A DNA stretch of 61,845 bases, the filler included, from Rhabdomonas costata (taxonomy: Eukaryota), in assembly GCA_019059605.1 (NCBI GenBank). It is 22 parts of 22 records of this genome, joined end to end, with 100 filler letters (N's around TTAATTAATTAA, not from the genome) between each part and the next. Parts side by side here need not be neighbours in the genome. Positions count along the whole stretch, not along the records: positions 1 to 2,721 come from JAHMHO010002257.1; positions 2,822 to 5,546 come from JAHMHO010002258.1; positions 5,647 to 8,363 come from JAHMHO010002259.1; positions 8,464 to 11,180 come from JAHMHO010002260.1; positions 11,281 to 13,995 come from JAHMHO010002261.1; 17 more parts are not named here. One strand, given 5' to 3'. This document shows, one piece after another, positions 1 through 11,482 of this stretch; positions within the stretch are counted from its first letter, which is position 1; every line of letters starts with the position of its first letter. Made by a program: the position numbers and the translations under genes. The notes below the pieces were generated by a model that was not told the origin of the DNA, ran no database searches, and saw only the letters and a list, made by a program, of their open reading frames with translations.

Positions 1-484
1 GTTGGTCGTGAGCACCACATAATGAGACAGATATTCCAGCTTCGTTTGATTTCATTATGGTTTGTGTGTCGTTCGTTTTGCAGATGGCCTCTTCGACCGA
101 CTCGGGCCCAGAGGGTATCGCGTTGATGCGCGTTTCCTAAGAGGCGAAAGCGGGTTTTTAGTCTCCTCATCATTCGTGAAAATTTCTAGTCAGTTATGCT
201 TATCATTGGCAAGTTCTGCTGCACTTTCTTGCGTAGTGTCAGACGGGAATGTTCGACAGGAGGGCATTATTTTATTTTCGCCCGGAGTATGAAGCCCAGA
301 TTTGCTAATGCCGTTTCCCACCTGCTCCTCAAGGCTTTCGACCTCAGGAACCGATCCTTGTTAGCTCACTTGTTAGCACACTTGCCACCAACCCAACCTC
401 TCGGCAGTAGCACGTGATATCGGTGGTCCGATATCATATGTTACCGAGCTCGACCTGCCTCCCAAAGGCGGTGGGCGCCTTTTT

Positions 485-662
485 AAAGCAACGCTGCTAT
501 ATAATTTAAAAAAATTAATAACGGTGCCACAACATTTTTACAAAATCGAAAGATTTCATAGTGTCGCCATAAAAAGTTTTACAGCACCGCTATAAAAATT
601 TAGGAATTTTTACAGCGACGCTATATGAAAATTTTTGGTGCTTATTTTTGGCGATGCTATGA
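485..662. repeat. Degenerate AT-rich short tandem repeat (TTTACAGCnnCGCTATAnAAA-like units)
   Basis: Related units: agcaacgctgctatataa, ttttacagcaccgctataaaaa, ttttacagcgacgctatatgaaaa, tttggcgatgctatgaa. Confidence 0.5.
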
Positions 663-1730
663 ACTGTTGGGTCCAGTTAATTTTTGCAGGTCCGGGATGT
701 CTGTCCCAATATCCCTGCATGGGGGTTAGGGAGTTTATTTGGTCTCCTAGGGGGTTAGGGGCGGTACGCGTGTCTCAGCAGCACATTTTTAAATGCAATA
801 AATTCTTTATAAAGAAACAATCACCGCTGTAAAGAGGTAAAGAGGGGGCTACTAGCAAACCGAGCCCGGCGCCTGTTTCCTAAATTAATCTCTTGGTTTG
901 TTGGGCACCGTCCATCTTGATTTCTTCACTGGCATTTGCTGTCGTCCCTCGGACTTTTTCAAGGTTTGCAAATCCCACTCCACTCCACTCCACCCCCATT
1001 ACGCGCCAGTTGCCATTTTTGTGGACTCGGTAACATTTGCTATAAGCCGATGGCGGTGGGACAGTCGCTTCGCTTCGGACGACGCTCTTAGCAAATTCTA
1101 CCTGGCGGGGGACCTACAACGGAGTTCGCCCCCCACCTTACCACCTTACGCTGCTTCGCCTGTGTTGCACGCAGAACCAGAGCTGGACAGAGCCAAGGTG
1201 AAGCATCTGGTGTGTCCATGTGGGTGTGGATGTGGGTGTTTTACTGACTGATTTTTTTCGGTTGTGCACTGACGAGTCCTCCTTGGTCGCTCCCCTTATT
1301 TGTTCTTGGGAACACCAGAGCAAGGTGATTCTACAATTCATATTCATCCGTATTGGTCGGCGGAGCCCCTAACCCTCAAAGGCAGCTTTCCCACTTTGCA
1401 CAAGGTGAGACATAGCATAAGGAGGGCTCTCGCAAAACTTGGAAGGAACTGCCCTTTCATCAATTTCATTTCTGAGGAAATTGACTCGTTAGAGGGGGTG
1501 TCGAAACCGCTTGCGAAGGCGATTTCGGTTGATGGCGCGCGGTGGCGGTCGATGGCACGTGATGGAGCGCGCAGTTTTCGAAATATCCCCACTCCCGGCT
1601 TTTTGTCAATTTCCTTCTTTCATTTCCTCAAACTTGCTTGCGTCTTGGTCCATCGCGGAGGCTGGTCTATTATTTGGCCTGGCAATGCCAAACAAGCAAG
1701 TGACTTTGCGCGTGCTCCTCCGATTCCCAG

Positions 1731-2441
1731 GTGGAGCTTTTGGAGCGGGCCACACAGCAGATCAAGGCGGAGAGGGCGCGCTCTCTGGCCTTGGAGAAGG
1801 AGTTGGCCACAGGGCGCAGTGCGGACCCGATACTCCGGATGCAGGCCCTCACGGCAGGGTTCCTGCCCCCTTCAACTGCTTCCACCAGCGACGGGAGCAA
1901 GGACGCGGAGATCAGGTGCTGGAGTTGGCCCCCTCTCTATTGATGGTTGCGTTTCAGATCAGCAAACAGCATGTTCACCGATTGAAAGGAAAAAAGCAAA
2001 AGCAAAAATATACAGCAAAAGTAAACTGCAAGCAAGAGATTTTAGGGGACTGCGAGACACTGCGAAAGATCACAGGCTTAGCCCCCTGTTTGCATACTGG
2101 TGAAGTTGTCGGGCCATTCTCTGCGATTGCTTCGTCAGCCAAGTCTTAAGTGAGAGCTTTCAGTGAGGGTGCAAGCCCGAACTGCACTCTCCCAACTTAG
2201 GGCATGACGTTAAGGATATTTGTGATTCCTGTTGTGGTCCTTCCTTTTGTCAAACCTTCGTCTTGAACCAGTCTTTTGAAGGAACAGATGCAGCGGCTGC
2301 AGCGCCACCACCAGGCCACTCTTGAAGCGAAGCTCCAACAGCACTCCGCGCTGAGGGAGCGGTTTCGAGATCTCAAGGTGGAGAACCAGCTAGCCGTGGA
2401 GCAAGTCGCCGAGCTTCGGCTGAAGTGCATCGACTTGCAGG
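1731..2441 (+). CDS. Internal exons of an unknown coiled-coil protein (partial)
   Basis: Exon ~1731-1914 (VELLERATQQIKAERARSLALEKEL...) and exon ~2273-2441 (LLKEQMQRLQRHHQATLEAKLQQHSALRERFRDLKVENQLAVEQVAELRLKCIDLQ) are bounded by AG/GT and have E/Q/K/L heptad character. Confidence 0.6.
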
Positions 2442-2721
2442 TTGCTTAACCTCTTCGCCCCCCATCTTTTCGTGTTTATTTGGCCCTTCCCAGCCTTCAC
2501 CCAAAGTTTCGCCACGGAACAATATTTCAGCAGACACCTTATTGAGACCAGCGTGGCAGACGTGATATGGATTCGAGCCGATTTCGGTGCCTGACAGGGC
2601 TGTCCCAGGGTTTTACCCTTTACCCAACTCAGTGTGTGTTTTTGTGGGCGGGTGCTTAAGGTTGCGTTGGATGAGGAGCGCCGTGGCCGCCAAGCCAGCA
2701 GCACGCTCAGCCCCCCACCCC

Positions 2722-2821
2722 NNNNNNNNNNNNNNNNNNNNNNNNNNNNNNNNNNNNNNNNNNNNTTAATTAATTAANNNNNNNNNNNNNNNNNNNNNNN
2801 NNNNNNNNNNNNNNNNNNNNN
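2722..2821. other. Artificial contig spacer (N-run + TTAATTAATTAA + N-run); first of 21
   Basis: The same ~100-nt spacer, with stops in all six frames, recurs at about 5547, 8364, 11181, 13996, 16813, 19630, 22444, 25270, 28084, 30896, 33710, 36511, 39325, 42145, 44963, 47776, 50589, 53405, 56218 and 59031. All contigs are ~2.70-2.73 kb. Confidence 0.99.
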
Positions 2822-3575
2822 TCACATGTGACGAACATGAGATATTATAGCTTCATTGAATCAAACTGAAGGCTAAATTGCAGAAAGTGTTCAGTGTTTA
2901 GAATTCAGCTTTCATCCGGTCAATACTGAATAAATCTACCATCACAAGATTTTTCCCCAAAAACAAAGTGCTTTCAGTCTGAAAAAAGCACGGCCTTATT
3001 GAGAGTTTGTTTTTCACAACTCGTAATGTACTGCATTTTTAACTGAAAGTGTATATTTCCATTTCGTAGTTACCTCCATGCACCAACTATCCAGTGGATC
3101 CGAGCACAAGAAGGTGAGAGGTATTATTCAAGGAAGCTTGTGAAAAGGCGTGAACGGAATCTTTTCCATGAGTTAAAAGTACAGGTACTTACACTGCTTC
3201 GCGGTGTGAACGCTGATATGTTTTATATTCTGGTTTTATATGTTTTTATTTCTATAACTCTTGCCTGTTATTTGCTGTGCATCCTGTCAGACAAAAGCTC
3301 ACGTAAACCGACACATCACATGTGACGAACATGAGATATTATAGCTTCATTGAATCAAACTGAAGGCTAAATTGCAGAAAGTGTTCAGTGTTTAGAATTC
3401 GACTTTCATCCGGTCAATACTGAATAAATCTACCATCACAAGTACTTTCCCAAAAAAAGTCCTTTCAGGCTGAAAACAAACAAGGCCTAATTGAGAGTTT
3501 GTTTTTCACAACTCGTAATGTACTCCATTTTTAACCGAAAGTATAATATTTCCACTTCGCAGTTACTGCCATTGC
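2822..3575. repeat. ~255-bp direct repeat with 494-bp period (probable end of a tandem array)
   Basis: 2822-~3078 matches 3316-~3575. Both copies start with the palindrome TCACATGTGA and share long identical stretches with scattered substitutions. Confidence 0.9.
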
Positions 3576-6038
3576 GTCAAAAACATCTGTGCGGCTGAAT
3601 TCCAGTGCAATTTGCATATTTTTCGGAAATATTTTCCGGTTTAATAACACAAACGAACAGCGCAAACTGTTAAACAAACTGCATGCATTTTGACTACCAT
3701 TGATACATAAACGCACCATTCTGCAAAAGCCCTTAATGCCAGAACATCACACTGGAAAGAGTTGAGTCAAGTTCATATCAAACGCCATTCCACGTAAAGT
3801 CAAAGTGAGAAATTATTAATACACTCACTGCTATATGAATTATCATTAGCAATCGCATGCCACTTCCCCCTATCCTATGGGGTAGGTGAATCAAATCCAG
3901 CAAACCAAAATGTCGTGGGACTTGGTTTTTCCGCTCTTCTTTTCCTTTTTAAAATAAAAAAGGAAAAGAAGAGCAAATGGTGTTTTTGTGGAGCGTTTTG
4001 TTGTTTTGTTGGAATATGCGCAGCGCTGCGGCTGAAGACGTTACCGTAACGCAAAAGTGAAAATTTTGGCACTAAGACCAGTACCCTCACAGTGGCAACT
4101 CAAAGCTGTCTTTTGCAGAGCAATGACCTGGAGGGATGGTACTGAACCTTACCATGGATGGTGGTTTTCAATTTTTTAACACCATTTCTAAATTCAAAAC
4201 AAATAAACACACTTTGAGAGTCATTTGTTACGTTACCCAAGCATAATCGGTCGTCTATTTGGACTTTACAGCGTACAATCGGTGGCTACGCATTGCAAAA
4301 TCGCATATACAGAAAATCTAAAACTAAGCGGTTTAAAAAACTCAATCCTAATGTTTTTAGTGCTAACACATTAACGTGTTCAACGGAGGAACTCAGAGTG
4401 AACTAGTTAGAATAGATTCGACTCAATACAAACTCAACGTGACACTCATCAACAAAACATATATGAGCACACACCATATCGATGTTACATGTTCCATCGT
4501 GTTTTACTCGCATGCAAAGCAAATATGAACCATGCATTTTTATCAGGACTCTGTATATGTAATCCGTAAATGCTCTTGTATCACGTAGACTATTGTGGTG
4601 CTTTATTGCAAAAAAGGCTTGCGCGTTCAAACTATTCACGTATAATGACGCAATCATGTATAATCTATTCACGTATAGTCACGCTGAAATTATTGAACAA
4701 CTCCAGAAAAAACACCGCAAATACTGCAACAGTGTAGTACAACAGCGCAAACCGTGGAAAAGAACGGTGAGAGAATGATTCATGCTTAGTAAGTAGTTAT
4801 AGCTCTTTAATAAGCAAACTCGTAAATGAACGTGGAGACACAGTATAGGCACAAAGAGAATACAACTCAGCCTCATACGTTTTTACTTGCACAGCATTCC
4901 ATTATTGTTCAACGTATACTTCGATGATCAATCCTCACCACTCAGGAATCACTAAATACACAAAACCTCACGTAATCAGTTTGTTTGAGCAAAAGCTCCA
5001 AACATTCTTGTCTATGAAACGCACTGGTATTGGTGAAAGATAGAGAGCGGTTTTCATCAGTGTCAGCTAAATTCTGGTCGTTTATATAATGTCGATAAGT
5101 CATTTCAGACGAATTGTCATGAAATAAGCATGAACCAAAAAACTACTTAGCATTCGTTGTACAATCAAACTCACACTGACACATGCCGTGTTCAACTGCA
5201 AAAACAAAGAGGCATATTTCATGCGTTCTTCACGATTTAATGTCTTTGAGTTTTTACAAATTTCCTACCAACTTCAGCCTTCGGGTCACACAACGTATAG
5301 TTGCTGTAATACCTTCATGTTTTGATAAGAAATGTGGTTGACAGTTTTTATTTGTACATGATTTTACGACAGTTTTGTTTGCAGTAATTTTGGTGTGTCC
5401 TCTGTGTAGATGACACAATGAGAGTAATGACAGTACTGGGAGCGTTTGAGTTTTGCTTTCTGCCAGTGCTTGACTTCAGTGTTGTTGTCTGAGTGTAGCA
5501 TGTTTCGTTTTGGAAGTGTTCTTTTGACATACACAAATAAGCGTAGNNNNNNNNNNNNNNNNNNNNNNNNNNNNNNNNNNNNNNNNNNNNTTAATTAATT
5601 AANNNNNNNNNNNNNNNNNNNNNNNNNNNNNNNNNNNNNNNNNNNNGTGGGTGGGGTATTTATGATGCCGTCCGAGGTCGAGGACTCTCAGGCCGAGCAG
5701 CGCGAGCTGGCGACCGAAGGCGTAGGTACCTTACCCGAGTCCAGTGCTTCAGTGGAGACTGGCGGAGACTCAGTTCCCTCCAGCATGGCAGGTACACGGG
5801 TTCGAAAGCTCAAGGGGGAGGGTCAGTGTCTGCGAGTGCCGTCGTTCGAACCTAACAAGTCATTTTGAACATTGGTTTCGTCATAATTGTGCCGCATTTC
5901 ACCAAACCAAATGAAGGAACCAGGGACCACACACCTGTGGAGCTGCTTTGAAAACCGGTGTTGGAGACCGCCCTTGTTAAAGTAGTACCCACGGCACGGC
6001 CAGTTTGCTCCGCACTTGTCGTGGGGGCTGCGTCTCAG

Positions 6039-7882
6039 GGAACAAGAGTGGCTCCCGGGCCGCTGAGAGCAGCAAGGCAGCGGCGGACATCTGCGGGCTC
6101 TGCCAGGACACGATCTGTGCCGAGGACCGCGTGGTGACGCTGTGTAAGCACGCCTTCCATAAGTGCGCCCGCACACGCACACGCACACGCAAACCTGTGG
6201 TATGTGGGTGTCTTCTGGGTCTTTGGTCAGGCAGACCCTCTTATCCATTCAGGAAACCTGGATGGATGGGTGGCAAATCTGTTCACAAGCAGACGGCGTC
6301 TGTGTTTTTTTTTGCGACTGCGTACTTCCTCCATGTTGTTTGTCCTCCGTCGTAGCACTTGTTTTATCTATTGACCGAACTTCTTATGTCTTATGTTCTT
6401 GGGGGGGGGAGGGGGGACTATAAATCAACGAGCCAGTTCTTATATTTTTTGGCCTTGAGCCAGCCGTTCACGGCGATGTGATTCATTCATAGATTTGGTT
6501 CTCTGTTTTTATGCTGCTTTGGGTTGCGGGAGTATTGTGGACAACCTTTGTCCTGCCTCTTTCGTGCAGAGACTGTCTCGTGGAATACACTTCAAACGCT
6601 CCCGAGGTGTGCTGCTCCGACCCCCCACCCCCGCCCTTCCGTTTTGCTTCCTTCTTCATTCAGTATTTTTTGGGGTCGCATATTCTTCCTCCTTCACATT
6701 CGATTTCGTGAGTTATGGCTCTTTCAGCACTGTTTTGGAGAGTACCTTCTCCTTGTCAGACCTCTGAGGGCCTGGGCTGTCCGGTGTGCTACAGCCAGCT
6801 CGGGGTGGACCTCAGGCCAGATGGCTCGGGATTCACACCCGACTCTCGGGCAAGCGTTCCGGACCCGAAGCGGCCCCAGGGCCGAAAGACCATCCTGCAC
6901 AATGTCAACATGGAGAAGTTTGCATCCAGTACAAAGGTCAGCACGAAGCGCTGCGTTTCAGAGCGCTGACTCGATCACACTAGGAACAGGTGTGTTTTTT
7001 CTAAATGATTGTGCAAAAATTGTGCAGCTGACCGTGAAAGCTTTGATGGGGTACACCAAATTAACCACGATTCAGTTGAAGATGACCCAAAAATGTCTTG
7101 AGAGACACCGAAGGCCACCACAGTCCAAGGATTTACTCCGGGCTGTCTGGTACTCTGCTCGCTTTTTATCATATTTGGGAAGGAGCATGTGAGAGCAGCA
7201 CCTGTGCGCTTTTTTCGCAGGTGGACTGCGTTGTGGAGTACGTGCGGCAGATGAGCTGCGCGGATCCCACAGCCAAGGCGGTGGTGTTTTCTCAGTACAC
7301 AAACATGCTAGACATCATTGAGTGGAAGCTGAACAAGGCAGGGCTGAAGCCTGTGAAGCTGCTGGGGTGTGTCTTCCTATGCGCCATTTGTGCGTTGCGA
7401 GTTGCAGAATTCCGGGCCTATGACGGTGGTTTCATTGTGTGGTACGTAGACTCCTAGAGACTTGAACATTAGAGAGTTTTTAAGAGGAAGTTGAAGGAAG
7501 TTTTCAGTCAAGTAAAAATGAATTACTTCGGCCCGCGAGCAGGCGCGCAACGTTTATCAGCCAATCGCTTAGTTGCAACACATGCATCATATTTAATGAA
7601 TGAAAACCCCTCTCGGGGTTGGTGGGGTATCCTCATGTCACTTCGGAATGAGCTGTCTATCTTACTCATGCATCGCCGTTGCGTTCAGGTCGATGCCGCT
7701 GAGTATGCGGCTGGCTTCGCTGGCCGCCTTTCGCACTGACCCTGTGGTATGTGCCCTGCTGGTCAGCTTGAAAGCTGGCGGGGAGGGCCTCAACCTCCAG
7801 GTCGCCAACCACGTGATTCTGGTGGATCCTTGGTGGAACCCCGCGGTGGAGATGCAGGCCATCCAGAGGACCCATCGAATTG
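6039..7882 (+). CDS. RAD16/RAD5-like SNF2 helicase with RING finger (partial, 5 exons)
   Basis: Spliced: CGLCQD...CKHAFH..DC..CPVC (RING), [68 protein letters not shown] (helicase C-terminal motifs). All introns are GT-AG. Confidence 0.93.
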
Positions 7883-8463
7883 GTATCTATATGCAGCATG
7901 TATTTTTCGGCTCTGCCTGTGCCAGCCGGAGCGCTGAGCCGCTGGATGCTTTTTTCACACTTTTTCATAAGGTAAGGAGAGAAGGAGAGGGAGGGAGAGC
8001 GGAAGAGGCGAGCCTTTTTTTCTGTCAAGGAGCACGGGTTATGGAAGGGTGCGTTTTGCCCTCTGTTGCTCTTTGATGGATACCTCAACTTACTGGTAAT
8101 TAGGGCAACCGAAGCTTAGCAGGAAGCGTCGGGCCGTATCTCAGTGCTTGCACGCCTCCTTATTTATATCCTTCTCTGTCTGCTCGCCTACGAGTAATGC
8201 CTTTTCTGAAAGGAGAGAGCGATTTTGTGATTTTGAGAGAGCGAATGAGAGCGATAACGAAGCCACATTCAGCACGATTGCACAGTTCAGCACCGTTGTG
8301 TGGTGTTCGCTTCGTGACCAACTGCGAAGCTGCGCATTTCATTCTTAGAATAAACTGAGGTGANNNNNNNNNNNNNNNNNNNNNNNNNNNNNNNNNNNNN
8401 NNNNNNNTTAATTAATTAANNNNNNNNNNNNNNNNNNNNNNNNNNNNNNNNNNNNNNNNNNNN

Positions 8464-8590
8464 GAAAACCCAGTACCCTACACAGTACCCTGACGCGCAG
8501 TGAGTGACAGCATTTTCTGACCAGTTCAAAACAAAACAGAGAACAGAACCTTCTCGTAAAATTCGACCAAGGTGCACAGCGTCAGCATCG
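8464..8590. repeat. 127-nt terminal direct repeat, copy 1 (identical to 11054-11180)
   Basis: Exact match from gaaaacccagtaccc to gtcagcatcg at both contig ends; offset 2590. Confidence 0.97.
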
Positions 8591-9393
8591 ACAGCGTCCT
8601 CCAGCAATGCAGAACCTCTGAGCCGGAGCCTGGCCTTGCCCCATTTTGGGGGCCAGAGGAAAGGTAATTGTCTGCCCGAATGAGTGGTGCGGTAAAGTGT
8701 TAGGGTTGCGTTTCTTTTCCAAAGGCCAACAACCAGTGGCAACGGTTTTTCAAGACACGTCATTCATTAAAAAGCCACACTTGCGAAATGTTCGGAACAG
8801 CCGGAACAGCTTGCTAACCCACATCTCACTAATATGTATCTACCTCTGGAGCCGAAGAGGGCTTTGCCTGCCTGGCCAAAAATGCTATATGTGTCCAAAA
8901 CGATATCAAGGAATCTTGCTTTCAGTCAAATCCTAAGTGCTTAGGTTTGTTTGTGCTGTCGCGTCGCTCCTGTCTTTGGAACTGTGCGGACCTCTGATGC
9001 AGGAATGATTGGATCTGTTGTTTTAAAAAATGATACCAAGCCATTCAAAAAAGAAAAAACAGAAAGGGCGCTTGGATGCAAGAAGTGTGCTTATGTAGTG
9101 GGGAGGGCGCACATTTCGCTGCCTTCGTAAGCTGAGACAAAGCTAAAAAAAATTACCAACGAAACAAACGCTTGCCAGATTCGAAAGAAGACCTTTTGCA
9201 CACCCCGGGAGGACATGTGACAGGGTCGATGGGCGTACAGACGTGCTGTCTAGGTTGGTGGACCACAAAGTGTGGCGATCGACAAACTCCTAAATTTATC
9301 AGGCCTTCTCCCCCTCGTCCTCCTCCTCCTGTGCACCCCCAAGGTTCCCCAACGCCACCCAACTGCCCAAACGCATGGTATATTCTACGCGTC
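8550..9393 (-). pseudogene. Upstream, divergent or decayed exons of the same cyclase-like gene
   Basis: Putative exon 9393-9337 (..SWVALGNLG, cf. cyclase VVGNIG); ~9290-9205 (HVCTPIDPVT, cf. FVCRPIDRV); 8671-8550 (..LVEFYEK). Motif matches are weak and the frames are not all reconcilable. Confidence 0.4.
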
Positions 9394-10487
9394 CTGCAAA
9401 AAGACAGTCTTATCCAGCACAGCGAAGAACGGGCGCCAAGCACCACAGAAGCGGCCTTTTCCGCGTTTTTTACTGACCCCTTCACCGGCTGCCTAACTTT
9501 TCAATGGTGCGAAAGAAAAACTGATTCGACGCACATGGTTTTCCTTGAACCTTGCACAGGAAGAAAGTCCGGAGACAAAAACGCTAGTAAACTTACCCAC
9601 ACTTGAGAAACACGAGGTGTGTCTCACTGACGACATTCCCGAATTAAATCACCGTTTACAATGCAAAACTGACCGGTCGTACTTCCAACAGCAGGCCCCC
9701 GGCAGTCCCACACCACACCACTACTTGATCGTGAAGTTGAATTTTTGTGTCAAAGTCTTCCCAAACTGACGTGCTCCTTGCTCAGTTACTGAAAAACTTA
9801 AGTTTTCGCAATGAAGGGCTCCATCAAAGCTTAGCATCGGCTTGTTTTTTTTTTTTGCACAATATGAGCAGCACTTTGGTGATGATGGTGACTGGAACCC
9901 GATTCCACCGAGGAGTCTTCGGAAGCGTACATCTCCATCCTGACAAGTACACACGGGATCATCACGCGGCTCAGGAGCGTCCATTCCACACAAGCACATG
10001 ACAAGGCAAAAGCAAGCCGTTCCTGGAATTTGATCAATTGCAGGAACATGAGCAGCAAAAAATATCTGACGACTCTGCCTCTGGAAAAGGCCGTTCCTTC
10101 TGATGGTACGGCCCGTAACTGGAGATAAGGCGCTGGGCTGAAACAAACACAGCCCTCGAGAATGGGGAAAAGAGGCACAAGGGATGCCACGAAGAACCAC
10201 GAGTGACACAGGGTCACACAGATGCTGCATCAGCGGAGAAAAGCGGGTTGAGGAAAGCACAAAACGGGGTTCACATCAGGGAAACGCCATCACCCAACCA
10301 CTTATGACGGGCAGCACCGGGAAAAAATCACCAGCATGAAAAGAAAAAGCACACGCTTCCCTCAAGCGGAGATGAACAGAAAACAAAGAAAAAAAGACGG
10401 ACGTGAAAAAGACCCCCCAACATACAGACACTGAGCACTCATAACTTATTAAATGCGTTGTGGTCCGCATGGGCAGTGTACCAATAC

Positions 10488-10658
10488 TCACTTCTGTTCA
10501 AACCGGATCACCCCATCCCATGTTCTGCCCGGGCTCCGCCCAGCACGGCACAGCTGCAGCAAAAACAGAGTGGGACCATCCTCGGGCACCGTGCGCTGGG
10601 CCTGCTCAAACCACCGCGTGGCCTCGTCTAACTCCCCCGAGGCAAAGCAATCCAGGCC
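10488..10658 (-). CDS. Last exon of a class III adenylate/guanylate cyclase-like protein (TPR-like C-terminal tail)
   Basis: GLDCFASGELDEATRWFEQAQRTVPEDGPTLFLLQLCRAGRSPGRTWDGVIRFEQK*. The DGP...C...WDGV..K ending is typical of bacterial-type class III cyclases. It splices in frame from ...LVEFYEK (donor after 11140/8550). Confidence 0.7.
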   Translation of the reverse strand, partial: GLDCFASGELDEATRWFEQAQRTVPEDGPTLFLLQLCRAGRSPGRTWDGVIRFEQK

Positions 10659-11053
10659 CTGTGGCGAGAGGCGAATGTGGTCGAGTGTGCACAAGGGGAG
10701 CGAGAAAGGATGGGCGCAGGAGGGTGGATGATCGGTAAAATAGTTCCCCATGAAAGGACAAGAACAGGCTGAACCTTGACCTTCAGTGATTGCATGACCG
10801 GTTCAACACAAGGAAAGAGCTGAATACCTAGGAATTCCCTCGACGTCAACCTCGATCAATATTTTTCTGCAAGCTATTCAGAAGAACTCGCCAGTCAATC
10901 GTTTGTCAAGACTATCACCCCGGTTTGCGCTCCACAGGCCAATAAGCGGTCAAGAGATCGCCAAAAGCACTGCCTCATACGCCAATGCTTCCTTACCCAC
11001 ACGAATCACAATTTCAACAAGTGCGGGGGCAAGGGCTGATCATGCTAACTCAT

Positions 11054-11180
11054 GAAAACCCAGTACCCTACACAGTACCCTGACGCGCAGTGAGTGACAG
11101 CATTTTCTGACCAGTTCAAAACAAAACAGAGAACAGAACCTTCTCGTAAAATTCGACCAAGGTGCACAGCGTCAGCATCG
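11054..11180. repeat. 127-nt terminal direct repeat, copy 2
   Basis: Identical to 8464-8590. Confidence 0.97.
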
Positions 11181-11482
11181 NNNNNNNNNNNNNNNNNNNN
11201 NNNNNNNNNNNNNNNNNNNNNNNNTTAATTAATTAANNNNNNNNNNNNNNNNNNNNNNNNNNNNNNNNNNNNNNNNNNNNGGGGGGGGGGCGTTTAGCGT
11301 TTGGCACCGGTTTACGTTTGGCACGTGACCCAGTACCATTGTCCCGAAACTGACGCAATTATCCCTAGGCCACACAAAAAAGTTGGACAAATGTTATGTG
11401 GCTGTTTAAAATGGGAGGATGACGACGGCGTAGGCATGTTTACTTGCTTTTCTGCGCGTCTTTGTTTGTATCCGTCGCGAAG

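Noticed and set aside
1300..2149. Long ORFs (267 and 212 aa)
   Set aside because: Off-frame read-through of GC-rich exon and intron sequence; the credible exon is in a third frame.
2767..2778. Regularly spaced TTAATTAATTAA as a biological repeat or piggyBac TTAA sites
   Set aside because: Always flanked by N-runs; it is a synthetic six-frame-stop contig linker.
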